Origin: Setoptus koraiensis
Lineage: Eukaryota; Animalia; Arthropoda
Length of the DNA stretch: 64,000 nt
Direction: 5' to 3'
NCBI GenBank assembly: GCA_048013815.1
Contig: CM106586.1
Span: 20,646,001-20,710,000, forward strand
In this document: one piece after another, positions 51,356-64,000 of the stretch
How positions within the stretch are numbered: position 1 is the first letter of the stretch
How the letters are laid out: each line of letters opens with the position of its first letter
Translations under genes and position numbers: made by a program
Notes under the pieces: model-generated
Database searches by the model: none
Told to the model about the DNA's origin: nothing
The model's input: the letters and a program-made list of their open reading frames with translations, nothing else

Positions 51356-54120
51356 TTTTGAATCAGGCGAAGATGTATATATTCGTATATATTTTTAATG
51401 GTGTTTCAAAAACCAATGTTCAACATTAGGTTCGCGAGAGAATATGTATCATAGCGCTCAAATCTTTATTTATCGATATAATAAAAAAATATCTGAGTTA
51501 GTAATCATTGATAACATTTATGTTGTATATATTTGATAAAGATGACATCTGTATGACGATTGAAGAATAAACTACACCCAATGATGATAATTCACCTTTT
51601 GAATCATCGTGCAAGCAGTGCTCACTGGATAGATCCATTTACACTGAGCTCCAGATTTTTTTGTTATCATTGGAGCAGCTATGAAAGAATCAGGTTATAT
51701 CACACGCTTAACGCACTAGTATCGAGCAGAAACTGCGGTCATAGGTTATTGTGGACTCTGCCTGAGCTTTATTTCGTCCAAAATAGAGAGGGGAAAATCT
51801 GAGCAAGCAAACGCTCCCTCAGAGGCCCCCTGCAAAAATATGTTGTATCTGTCACGGCGTTAGCCGTAACATTATTTTCCTTGCCCATTGGCTCAGAGCA
51901 CAAAGACCAGAAAAGGGGCGCGTCTGGTTTCTTGTACCCATCAAAGCGGATGCTACAATACTGTTTGTCCGAGTTGTACTCTGATAAAGTTTACATACAT
52001 AATGACTGCTTTCTGTTATTCTCATAGAGAATCGAGTATCTTGAGAGTAACCTCACGAATCGATTCATGAGTCTTGCTATGGCTTGGCTCTGTGAATGTG
52101 CAAAACGTAAAGATTGTAAAGATTGTAAAGCCAAACTATCAAACGTGGTTCGGCATGAGCAAGCCCCAAACAAGCGCCAGCAATTCGCACATTGCCACCA
52201 CCTTGCTGGCGCTTGTTTCTTATAATTTGCTATGGATACATGACTCAGTGACCACATACGTGTCTTTAGAGAGCCCTAGTCGAAAGGGCCCGAGCCTCCC
52301 AGGGAGGCTGGAGTAACCAAAAATCAGTTCAAGAGGACAATAATCTTGAGTTGGATTTGGTCGGTGGATGCCTCAAGCGCAACCTTCCAAGGCGACGTAT
52401 ATTCTGGAAGCTACATGCGTATGGTTTTTTAGTGGTTGCACTGAAGTTTAGTTGAGGTGATAACGTCTATCTCTATTGATGGATCCTCGATTTGTGAAAC
52501 TAAGGATGAGCAGAGCGCCAGAGATTCTTGTACTGCAATTCCATGTTCATTTGAGCGTGTAAATCTGTGTGTGAGCAATTGTGTCTACTCAATCGACTTC
52601 GGCAAAAACTTGTTTTGACTGACTCCTTCTGGGTCAGTCACTACCTCATATAAATACATACCTGTATCAGCTTCATTGGTCATCTTAATAGGCCAACCAC
52701 TACTCTTCAGGTGGTTGTGGCTATTGTTAATGCAATTGTTGTTGTTGCTGATGCTGTCTTTGGTGTGATACATGTACGAAAAAATGTAGCAAAGTTAGAT
52801 TAATATCTAGCTGTGTAACTGTATTATATCGGTATCAAAACTTATATTTTTTGCGATATGGCATAACAAGTAGCTTGAAGACAACCAAAATATATTGAGT
52901 TCTATGCTAAGCTTCGGTAGTCATGAGAAAAATAGTATCATACCTCACACATTGATTCACCAGGTCGGTGGGTTTCGATAAAATGTGTCTGCCTAACTGT
53001 CGACACACTTCAACAAAGGAATATAAGGACACGTTGAACCCACAATTGACTGTAAATTCATTCATAGGAAGATTCGCGCTCTGAGATTGCACTTTTCGAA
53101 GCACTCCTCGAATTGAGATGCAATCTACAATTCATTGTAAGTTTCGGATACTTTGTGCCACCTCAAGTCCATAATCTTCTGAATCCGTTTCTACATTATT
53201 TATGTGTTTGCCCCATCGAGATGGTTCGACATCCCTAATAATCCAGAACACTCACACAACAACAGTAAGTTCATCATGGCAGCCAGTCAGAATACTCTCT
53301 GTCGTGTGGCAACATCATCAATAATGTCGCTATAATTATCCTAACATTAATGGTGTTGTTGGTGGAAAATCACGATACATGTTTGTTGGAAGCGAGAATG
53401 TTTTGTTTTAGGTGCAACACCCTAGCCTGGGGTGTTGTTAAAAAAATGAGTCAGTGAGAAATATTTCATCGGAACAATAAATCATATCAACGCAGTCAGC
53501 TGTTTCTAAGGGAACGCACTAAACGAACAAACATTGCAGCAAGAGGGGATAGAAACAGAATGAATGAATTTTGCATGCAAGGAACAAGGGGGAAACACAC
53601 ACACACATTCTCTCACAAATGGACATTTACATTCGCACCTTGGTAAAGAATTTTTATCATTTTTATTATCACTGTTGTTAGGCAACAACAACTAATTGTG
53701 TCTTGGCGACAAATATAGACAAGATTCATTATTCCATAGGAGCAAGATTAATACTATTAATAGAATCCCAGTGTCGCAAATAACAACAGGTGTTGATATC
53801 AACCATGGTACATTCGCTAGTGGTTTTCGTTTCAGCAAACATATCGATGAATACAAGGGATCTCATTAGACTCTGCTAGAGGCCAACCGATGAAGTTATT
53901 CTCATAATTACTCATTGGACGCCTTGAGCATCAATCCGTCAAATTATTATTTATTCAATGATACCTACTCTGCCACGATAAGCCAAGATAATTTGAGCTG
54001 AAGAAAAAAGACCACTCTAGACAAATCATGCCCATATATCGGCCAGATTCCGCCCATTCTAGAGGATTTCCATATGAATTTAATTATCAAGTTACCAATA
54101 GCATGTAATGAATTTACAAA

Positions 54121-56840
54121 ATGACTCTGAATAACAGTCTTATACATTGGCTATCCACCTTTTATTGCGACATCCCTGAAGGCGTCAACATTAAGTCCTC
54201 AGATGATCTCGCCGACGGTCTTGTGTGCGCAAAAGTCTTGCATCAGATGTAAGTTCAGGCATGAATATCACAACTATCTATCCGAATCGGATCCACGTGT
54301 TTGTGCCAATAGCTCGAATTTGAACTAAAAATAACCTCTCTCTCTCTCTCTCCCTATAATGCCCATCGGATATTCAGTGCACCGCAATATTTTAAGAATG
54401 AATGGCTCGAAAGGATAACGCCTGTGCCGCTGGACGGAGAGTGGAGATTTCGAGTGTCGAACCTCAAAAGGATTGTGCAAAAAATTCAAGATTACATCAG
54501 TGATGTTATAGGTTTACACTTTGCACCGGACGTTGTTTTGCCTGATGTTGTTGTGATAGCTCAAAATTTCGACCAAGACCAGATAGTTCGCCTGTTACAA
54601 TTGATACTGTGTTGTGCGGTGAATTGTGATAAAAAACAAACCTACATTAGCATCATAACAAACTTACCCTATCAGGTACAATGCGATGTCATGGCCACCA
54701 TAAAGGAGTTTTTGTCAAACGATGCTAATCAATCGACTAACATTCATACGCAATCGAGTGCACATGGCAATAGCAATCATCCTGATGATACGTCAAATAA
54801 TAACAAGTCGGAAATCTCTACGCCAGTCAGAGCTATTAGAAAGTCACAATTCGACTATGAAAGCTCACAAAATAAGTCATCCTTCAATAGGTCCAATCAA
54901 AGTTATAATACTGACAGCCGTCACTCAACAACAGGCCATCGGCAAGATATCACGACCGACGAGGATTTAGTTGATAAGCTTCGAAGAGTGACCCAAGAAT
55001 TAGAGAAAGCTAATGCTTTCAATGATGAGAAGGCTCAAGCGTGTCATGAACTAGAATTAAAACTCAAACAACTACGGTTAGAACGAGATCAATTGATCAT
55101 GGAAAATGAAAGATTGGCCTCCGATATCAAGAAAGATACAATGGACCACCACGAGGCTAACACTTCGCGTAAATCTTCTACTAGTGCAAGTCATGCAATC
55201 CTATCCAATACTGGAAAACAAGAATCACTTCTAACTGAGAGTCTTTTATTGGACATGGATGACAACCAGAGCACAGCAATGAAGATCTCTCAGCTACAAG
55301 ACCAAATCCAAGCACTAACAGATAAGCTATTCAATGCTGAATCATCTAAAGAAGACTACAGAATCAAAGTCAATCTACTTCAGGAGGATCTAGATGTTTT
55401 GAACCGAAAGCATGCTAATATGGAGAGGATGGCTGATCATGCCAAAAGATTGCAAGATGAACTTGATGAACAGCGGCACTTGACTGGAAAGCTTGAAAAG
55501 TGCGAGGCGATGATTGAGAATTACGGTAAAAAATTTTCCGAATCAAAGAAAAACATGAAAGCCTTAGAGGAAAAGAATATAGCTCACGTTAAGAGAAACG
55601 TAGAGCTTGAGGAAGAAATAAAAAGACTTTCTAGTATTAACTCCCAATTAGACATGTGCAAACGCCAGATCCGCGATCTTCAATTGAAATTGGGCGAGGA
55701 ATCCCACCGAGCCGATAAAGCGGAATATCAGCTGGCTAGATTAGATGAAAAGTATTCTTTGTTGAAAAATGAAAACGATAGACTTATCAAAGATGCCAGA
55801 CAATTTAACACCGCACGTAAATCAATAGAAGAAGAGAAAGCTGTAAATATATCTTCAGAGTTGGGTAGCCTAACTAATGATAGGGTCGAATTGGATTCTA
55901 CGTCAAAAGGCAGTCCAAATAACATAATTGATCTCAATTCCGAGACGGCAGAGCAAGACATATCATCATTATCTATGACCAAAGTGCCTAATGTTGTCAG
56001 AGAGAAAATAGTCAGACTAGAGCACGAGAATCAACTATTGCAAAAGAAGTTTGAATTAGATTCACAAAATAATTACACCGTCTTAGAGGCCTTATTGGAT
56101 GAAGCCAACAAACGTTGTTCAGCTTTGGATGATGAAAATCGAAACATCAAACGTCAGGTTTTATTGCTAGAGGGTCGTTTGAGGAACGTGTCGGGCCCTC
56201 CAAGTAATAATAGTAATAGCCAAGGTGAAGGACCACGAAAGGCAAGCGACATTAGTAATGAATATGCTATGCAATTAAAGATTGAAGAACTACAGGCAAT
56301 AATAAATATGAAAGATCAGGAGCTATCAAAGGCCGAATATAGATACAAAAGAAACTTACAAAAAGCAAAACAGGCAGTTCAAGCTTTAGAGCAACAGACG
56401 AATAATTTAAATCTCTCAAATTTGATGCAATCGTCTGTGTCTTCTTCATCTTCATTTATACCCTCGTTAGAAGATTGTAATCTTCTACGTCAGCAAGTCA
56501 TTGATAGAGACCGCCGTATATCAGACCTTGAAAGAGAGTTTTCAGATTTTAAGCGGCTCAAAGAGATACATGAGCAACTAATATTGAATGTATATTCTGG
56601 CCAGGTAAGAATTTATCCTATTTGATATTATACCTCTTAATCAATTGTCTGACCCAGGTGATTTAGAAGTGTTCTATAACTGTATACAACCATATTTTGA
56701 ACTCATATCTTACCACAATATAGGGGACCTCGAAACAATGGTTACATTCCAAGAATCAACTCAATGAAGGCAATCTTATGGGGTCCAACCAAAATGCAGC
56801 CAGTAGCTCATCATTTGATTCTCGGCAGCACACCAGTTAA
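54121..56840 (+). CDS. HOOK: Hook microtubule/dynein adaptor; exons 54121-54248, 54378-56604 and 56724-56840, ~823 aa
   Basis: Hook domain SLIHWLSTF...DLADGLVCAKVLHQI|APQYFKNEWL...WRFRVSNLKRIVQKIQDY...RLLQLILCCAVNC. Long coiled coil with AESSKEDYRIK, HRADK.EY, EKIVRLEHEN, EYRYKRNLQKAK. GT-AG introns 54249-54377 and 56605-56723 keep the frame; the last exon is less certain. Confidence 0.9.
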
Positions 56841-57278
56841 TGATTGAGTTTAATTTTAATGAAGGACGTTTTATCTTTAAGTAGTGTAATACATTATGTG
56901 ATATTCGTAGATGATTAGTTTATCAATAATCTGCAGCATACTTAATTGACATAATAATCACACAAAATATCAGATTTTCAAAAGACATTTTCTCTGATAG
57001 AAAATATTCCTTCCCCTTAGTCTCAACTTAAATATCAATACCAAAGTTGAAGTAATTCCATTTCGAGAGACACGTTTTCTCTTTGGAATCTGCACGATGC
57101 AATAAAGTAGCTAATATTCTACATCATCTGCGATCATTGGCGAGACTCATTTACTTCATGATACTACAATTGTTTAATAGCTCTACTAAACTTTTCCTAT
57201 AATCAATACTTTCGTCATCTTGAAATCTAATCTTATGAAATAATAAAATGATGAATTTTCAATTCCTGCCTCGACATA

Positions 57279-57323
57279 CGATCCTGTAACGAGGATCGCG
57301 TATAACTGGAGGTTATACGCGAT
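57279..57323. other. Two overlapping hairpins (CGATCCT/AGGATCG 7 bp; ATCGCGTATAAC/GTTATACGCGAT 12 bp)
   Basis: Directly visible perfect stems. Confidence 0.7.
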
Positions 57324-60077
57324 TTAGAATATAATTAACTCGAGTTTTGATTGCCTATATCTGGAATTTTGGTGTGATTGCAGAGGATGGATCTAGATGG
57401 GTAACTAATGACTTTTCTTGGAGAATTTCTCCGTATTGGTCAAACAATAAACTATTGTCCACCTAAAGATCTATCTACTTCCGGACGCACCATGTATTCA
57501 TATACGATTCAAATTATCGTTCAATCTGAGATCATATTTGCAAACCGAAAGTCCTTACCGTCATACTATCACCGAATATGTAAAGAATCGTTAGCCAACA
57601 TTACATGACAAACTACGGCTAATTAATTATACAATGAGATAGCTTCGTTTGAACAAGAATCATTATCACCATGCTGATGATGACATTTGTGCCACATTCC
57701 TTACTTGTGACTATTTAGTTTGTTTTCATCTAGTCATTTTCGGATCGCAAAGCGGGATCGGAATATTGCCGGTGAATCAAAATTCAAACGAAATCATAGT
57801 GCAAATTAAGATCAATATACTTTACTGCCGACAACCAAGATAGATCAATGCTACGCACTAATCTACTTGACACCTTTGACTTGCTGTATTATGTAGATTT
57901 GTTATGGGGCAGTATAATGCCTCTCTCGTTAGAAGCATTGTTTGCTCAATATTATTTATGTTTACTTGATGTAACAATTGATTTGAAAACGAATCACCAT
58001 TGATGGTGCCAAAACACAAAGAGGAAACTTGGCGATCTAATCGAAGATCTCATATTACAGAACTAAATACAACTTTCATGTATAACACATCCATACAACC
58101 GTGACCACCTCCGAGTTGATGTGGCGATCATCGTTATCAATCTTTCTAGTAGACGATCTATAGTTATGCAAAAATAGAGCTAATATCTAATCTTGAATCT
58201 ATCTTTGTGGGATGGGTGTGAACGACGATCAGAGGTTATGTCTGGTCATGTTCATTAGTTGCTTTAAATATACATGGTTTTTGTGAGTCTAACTTTCAAT
58301 AGATCTAGGTAGAAACATTACCCAGGTTAACCATCATCACCTGATTCTTTTTGTTATATTCAGGTTGGCTATTCGGTTAAAAAGCTCGATTTGACTAGAC
58401 ACATTGTGTAGGGAGAAAGGAAATAAAAGTAGACTAAATAAAAGGATCTGCGTTGTGGCGGGAAGGGGGGGGGGTGTTGCAATTGATAGTTGTAATTGGT
58501 GAGCCAACCCTAAATTTCATTGATAATAGAGAGAAGGTAACATAAATTAAATGTACATTGTTGCGAACTACGTTGATACACTATATTAGCATATCCCTCG
58601 TCTGATTTTTCTTTGGCCAGCGCAATCATGTTGGTAAATTGAGCATTCAAGAAATTTAATCAAATTAACTCTATTCCAAAAAAAAAAGAATGTGCAACTA
58701 TCTACATAATAATCGAAAGTTTATACTCATGTATATACCATTCACTCACTCGAATACTGAGCGAGGGAGAAAGAGAGAGCTATTTTAGTAAATCTACACA
58801 GAAATGGGACTGACAATTGTGAGTGCAATTTAGAAACCAAGTTGCAACTTAGAAGGCGTTAGTAGCGATCCATCATGAATCGATTGATCTGTGAGATTGC
58901 GTGTAAACTGGTAAGCGTGCTTGTCTTGATCATCATCCGATAATACCACCATCCATAATACTACCATCTCATGGGCGATATTGTTTTTATCATAAATCAG
59001 CATGAATATATAATTACAGCCCCTGCTACAGGTAATGGTTAATCTTCTGAATCAAGGTCCTTGATTTGTGTGATTCGTATTCTAGTCTGTCTAAGCGAGA
59101 ATAGATCCGACAGAAAAAAGAAGCATCATCAAGAGCGAAGCTCAACGAGGTATCGCATCGTTGATTTAATCAATGCTGACGAGAACTAACAACGTTAGTG
59201 TCAATGTGTGTGTGTGTATTCAATTATACGCTTGATTGTCCCTAAAACAATCAGGCCAATCAACAATTTGTAACACAAGTCAGCTGATAACTGCCAGAAG
59301 ATATGACAATCATGTTAATCGAAAGAAATGATGTAGTGTTAATTAAAACTATTGAGCGTGCACTGTCGCATCATACGACTCGTACATGTATGTGCGAAAA
59401 GTTTATAGTCGCATATTATCAAAACTCGTTACATAATCAAAATCATAATCAAATAAATCAACAATATTTTTGTCAGTATAAGTAAATAGCCGTCAATCAA
59501 ATGAATGCCATTTACTGATTTCACTGACAATTTGTGAGCCACGAGGCTCGTGAAAGATTGCGATAGAGTAAACGGATTAAGTCGCGCGCGCGCGCATGCA
59601 AAAATTAGATATGTAGTATATTGAATAACAAGATAATAAAAGAGAGGAGATATCTTGATCCATCGATGCGTATTCACGAGAATGTGCAAATGATACACTG
59701 ATGCCCTATAGGAGCGGCTCGATTTCTTTCTGGCAGTGGCTTTTATAAGTTCGATGCGTTCCGATAATCGTTCCCGGAGTGCGAGAGCTTTATCGATGGC
59801 GGAAAAGAGATAAAGCTTCGAAGCCCGAAGCACAAACGAATACGAATACGACGACAACGACGCCGACGATGAGAGAGAGAAGTGCAATATAACTAAGATG
59901 ATAAAATTGATCATCGTCATCTCTCAAACACATATTTTCTGTTGAGTGTGCCTGATAAATTTGATGATGATAATGATGATCTTAATGATAGTTCGCTGTT
60001 AGCGAGAGAGAAATATATATATTCGGATGATAACTTCAACCAATATGTTGTTTTAGCTCCACCAGTTACCTGTATCC

Positions 60078-60192
<115 letters not shown>

Positions 60193-62004
60193 TGTGCACC
60201 TTACTCGCACCAGCTAAACTCCGCTTCTATTCGGCTTTGTAATGAGAAAGAAGGAGAGAAAGATAGCGAGAGAGAAAGAGATTTGTTACGTAATTTGCGA
60301 TCATGTGTGTGTGTGTGCGCGCATAAAACTATTAGTGTTTTAATTCAAGACCATCGAGAAAGAAGCGGGCAAAAGAAGAAGAAAAAGAAGAAGAAGAAGT
60401 GCTGTGGTGAGAGGAGGAGCGCTCCTAAGATAGAAATAGAAGGGGATATAGATGGAGCAGTGGTAATGGCAGACACATGGCAATGGTGCAACAAGTGAAC
60501 TAAAATAAATCATTAACTAAATTGAATGCAATAAATTTGCTTAATGAAATGAGCGCCATCGACATCGACTGAAAACCATCCCCGAGTCTCGCTTTTCGCC
60601 CGCTCGCCGGGCTTTGCTTATGCCTAAAAAGTGAGCCCTTGAAATTGTTTGGTTGTGCCTAGGCAATGTGCGAGCGAGCGAGCATTAAAATTCATTGGTG
60701 ATGGAGCAAAGAAACATGAGCAACTTGTTACGTAAGAATATATACACAGGTAATATTATACATGCACTGAGAGAAAGAGCGAGCGAGTGAGAGAGAGGTT
60801 TTCTAAAGTTTGCCCTACAAGTGCCATCGTTCCCTATGAGAGATAAGATAGGCCGCTTGTAGAGATGGTTGCACCACGGAGAGACGCCAAAATAGAGAAG
60901 AGAACGCTGCAAATGAATGAAACATTCTATCTATTTGGCTATCTATATATTATATGAGTAATTACAAATGATAAATGATGCTAATCATTATTAACAACAG
61001 CCACTAAGGTGAACTCTTTCTCTGCTGGCCCGGTGACTGCATGCTCGCTCTCTCTCTCTCTCTTCCCCTCCGGACACCGAAGCTTTGAAAAGTTTGTTGG
61101 TGGGGACAGCGGCAAGTTGGTTGGCTCAACACTTGCGGTGTCCATCTGTCGCTGTCAGCTTGTCGACATTGGTCACCAGTCGCAGGATATATGGATGCAA
61201 TGCGAGTGTGACGTCAGTTGCTTGATCAGGTTGATTGGCGCTGTAGTGGCAGTATTTGCCAGTGATAATAATGATAATAATAGGCGTTGCGAGAAGAGAG
61301 CGGAAGACGCGGTGGCAATTCTCCGGCTACAGTTGAACTATTTGCGGTGCCATTGATAATAGCTGCTATTGATCCGGTGGCGGTAACAGTAGTGCAGTGT
61401 GTGTTCGTTAATTAACATAAGTTGTACGGCAATTGATTTTGACAGGAAAGTTATGCGCGCCTAGTTCAACATTGTGTGCCGCAGTGTGTATATTATGTAA
61501 TATGTTAACGAATGAATGGATTACGTCAGAGGAAGAGCGGGGAGGATGCTGGCACGAAACAAAAGAGGGTGGACACACCGAGTGGCGCCGGCAACAACAA
61601 GCGGACGTATGCGTTTGCCAAATGCTAATTCCGTCAGGTATTGATCTCGGCCTGGCCCGAACAGTCACCTGTGAAATGGCGCACACACACACACACACAC
61701 ACACGACAACACACAAACACAGACACGGTGATTATCGCGTTACTTGAATCACAATTTAACACCCAGTGACTATTATGCACGCTACAATGGAGCGTTGCAT
61801 AATAGTCAGCGGCTAGCTTGTGGCTGGCGATTGCAGGCGGCGCCACCGTCGACCGACACTATCTATATGTAAGTGTTAGCATGCTGTATGGCCAGGGCAC
61901 CTATAATGGCAACTGCAAACGGCTGCTGATCCAATGGCAACGAATTACGTAATAATCACCACCAGTCGGCCGGCGCCTGTCAGCCCATGGTGCTGGTCAG
62001 GGCT

Positions 62005-62065
<61 letters not shown>

Positions 62066-62474
62066 GCCAGGGCGCATTCCATGGTCGTGAGAGCGGGCCG
62101 AGGCTGGCAAGCTAGTGCGGCACTTTGGCGCAAATGCGCTGGCTGCGACTTGGCGAGCCGATGACGATTGTATCGAATGGCGATAGCGGTAGCGTTAATG
62201 ATGGCAACAAATGTATTTGCGCACACACACACACACATTAATTGCGCCTTGTGCGAACCCGATACGAGATGGGTATGAGATAGAGGGAGAAAATTGGAGC
62301 GGACCTGGCTGCGACGGGCCGCCGCCGCCGCCGGTCGCTCATTTGTGTATCGGCATTGCCTGCGGGCGACCATTTAAGCGGAGAGCGAGAGATAAGCAAG
62401 CGCAAGACAGAATTGAGAAGTCACGAATTAGACATTTTGGCTCGCAAAACTTTCGCTCGATGCCAGCCACTCGG

Positions 62475-62515
<41 letters not shown>

Positions 62516-63269
62516 CGCAGCGATTTGTGTGAGTCGTCGTGTCGTGTGCGTTCAAGGCGGGGGAGGGACGCACGGCCGAGTGGCAAGTTCGGAGGAGCAG
62601 CCGCGAAGCTTGCTCGAGCGCACGGCGTGGAAGGCCAAGTGTGTTCCACGGGCATAATTAGATGCAATCGCACACACGCAGTATTTCGCGACCGTCGAGG
62701 CTTCGCCCGGAGCCGCGCCGGCCGCCGCCGTTGACGCTGCTGGGCCGGCCCGCAAGTCGGTGGCGCTGGGAGCAGGCACGCAAACATTCTTAGCATTTAT
62801 GATTGCGTGTGTTTGCCAGCAGTCAGCCTTACATAAGCCAGCTCTTACATAAGCGCTCGCTGCCATTACGATTGAAGCGTCAATTCTGCCGATGAGAGCT
62901 CACCTGTTGATAGCGAGCGGCGCTACGCAACAGCAGCGCCAGCGCCGGCCGAGTGTGTTTGATTATCGCCTGTTTTATGGCTCTCTCTCTCTGGGCACAG
63001 TCGGCTGGTGTGTGCCCGTCATTAAGGTTTCTTCCACTCGCTGCAGCGCCTTCGACCGTGGATACAGCCCGAGCGAATTATTGTCCATGTTGTGTGTGTG
63101 TGTGTGTATTCGCAGGGCTCACGAAAGCCACAGGTGAGGCACACACACACACACACAACTTTTCCCTTTGGGCGGTGGCTCGCTGCTGGCTTCGCCAGTG
63201 TGCGATTGCCTATTCTTCTCCGCGCCAGCCAATTCCCCGACCGACGGCGCGCCTATTCGCCTGACCTCG

Positions 63270-63335
63270 CTCACTGACGGCTCACCGACGGCTCACCGAC
63301 GGCTCACCGACGGCTCACCGACGGCTCACTGACGG
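63270..63335. repeat. 11-bp tandem repeat (CTCAC(C/T)GACGG) x6
   Basis: Six contiguous units; the first and last carry the T variant. Confidence 0.95.
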
Positions 63336-63385
63336 CGCCGTGTGTGCGTCTGTGTGCCACGTAACATCTTGGCGGGCATTTCCCA

Positions 63386-63423
63386 AACGTAGCGCATGCG
63401 GGGATCCCCGCATGCGTTACGTT
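63386..63423. other. 38-bp near-perfect palindrome (one mismatch), no loop
   Basis: AACGTAGCGCATGCGGGGA|TCCCCGCATGCGTTACGTT. Confidence 0.9.
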
Positions 63424-64000
63424 AGCTGCGCCGTCGTGGATCGGGCCGCCGCCGCCGCTGCCAGCGACGACAACAGCGGCAAGGGCGGCCGACGGGGGAC
63501 GCGCATCGCTGCATTCACCTGTCTGGCAGCGTCATCAATTGTGAGCCAGTGTGCGCCGCACAGCCGCCACTTGTCAGCTCCCACGTAGCACACACTGCGC
63601 GCCATTCACTGTTGCGTTGAGTCCGAGCGCCAGCCAGTTGAGTCCGAGCGGCGTCCCCGTCCCACAAGCTTGCAAGCTGCGGCGCGGCCCCCTCCGCGGT
63701 GCAGACCGTAGCGAAGCGCATGCTGTAGCCGGCGTAGCTGTCAAACTGGTGCCACTGCCAGCGTCGCGGTGCAGTTGCAGTTGCAGCCAACGCACGGCGG
63801 CGGCGGCGCATTCAATGCGCCGCATTGTGCAATTGCGAGCGGTGCCTGCATCGCGCACTTGCACCGCCGCACCACTGCAGCGCAGCATCATCACGGCGCA
63901 TTCGGCGCTGCCATCGCTCGCCAGACTCTGGCGGCCAGAGTCGCTGGCTCTGCCGGGACTGTGGGCTCGCCGCGACTCGCAGTCTGCTGCAGCGAGCAGC

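Noticed and set aside
59429-59920. 163-aa minus-strand ORF with a coiled-coil-looking middle
   Set aside because: Begins in simple repeats, has no recognisable domain or clear splice context.
63270-63335. Short repeat arrays as possible CRISPR (also 29462, 32105, 21811)
   Set aside because: Units are contiguous with no unique spacers, are too short, have no cas genes nearby, and the context is eukaryotic.

Overview
Eukaryotic (arthropod) genomic DNA, not prokaryotic; no CRISPR, rRNA or tRNA genes seen. The intron-poor genes, Gln/Asn-rich proteins and dense microsatellites suggest an acariform mite, possibly eriophyoid-like (inference). Layout: (1) 1-3.9 kb GC-rich, microsatellite-rich non-coding DNA. 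(2) 4-13.3 kb AT-rich mosaic of abutting broken gene pieces (TTC28, ATG14, a Kelch-family BACK domain, alpha-tubulin, a MULE-type transposase, pieces of an orphan secreted-protein family). It also holds an intact serine protease, an intact orphan secreted protein and a 1.3-kb element with Helentron/HINE-like ends carrying a decayed RING-chromodomain gene. (3) Two tandem ML/NPC2-domain genes and a ~1,864-aa receptor guanylyl cyclase. (4) A secreted Gly/Ser/Tyr/Pro-rich protein. (5) A ~19-kb coding desert. (6) A compact housekeeping cluster: SERP1, TMEM41B, NEDD8 with a long antisense-overlapping tail, STAG/SA cohesin and Hook; the NEDD8 and STAG upstream regions are inverted duplicates of each other. 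(7) 57-64 kb non-coding, repeat-rich DNA. Family assignments come from recognising motifs by eye, not from database searches.
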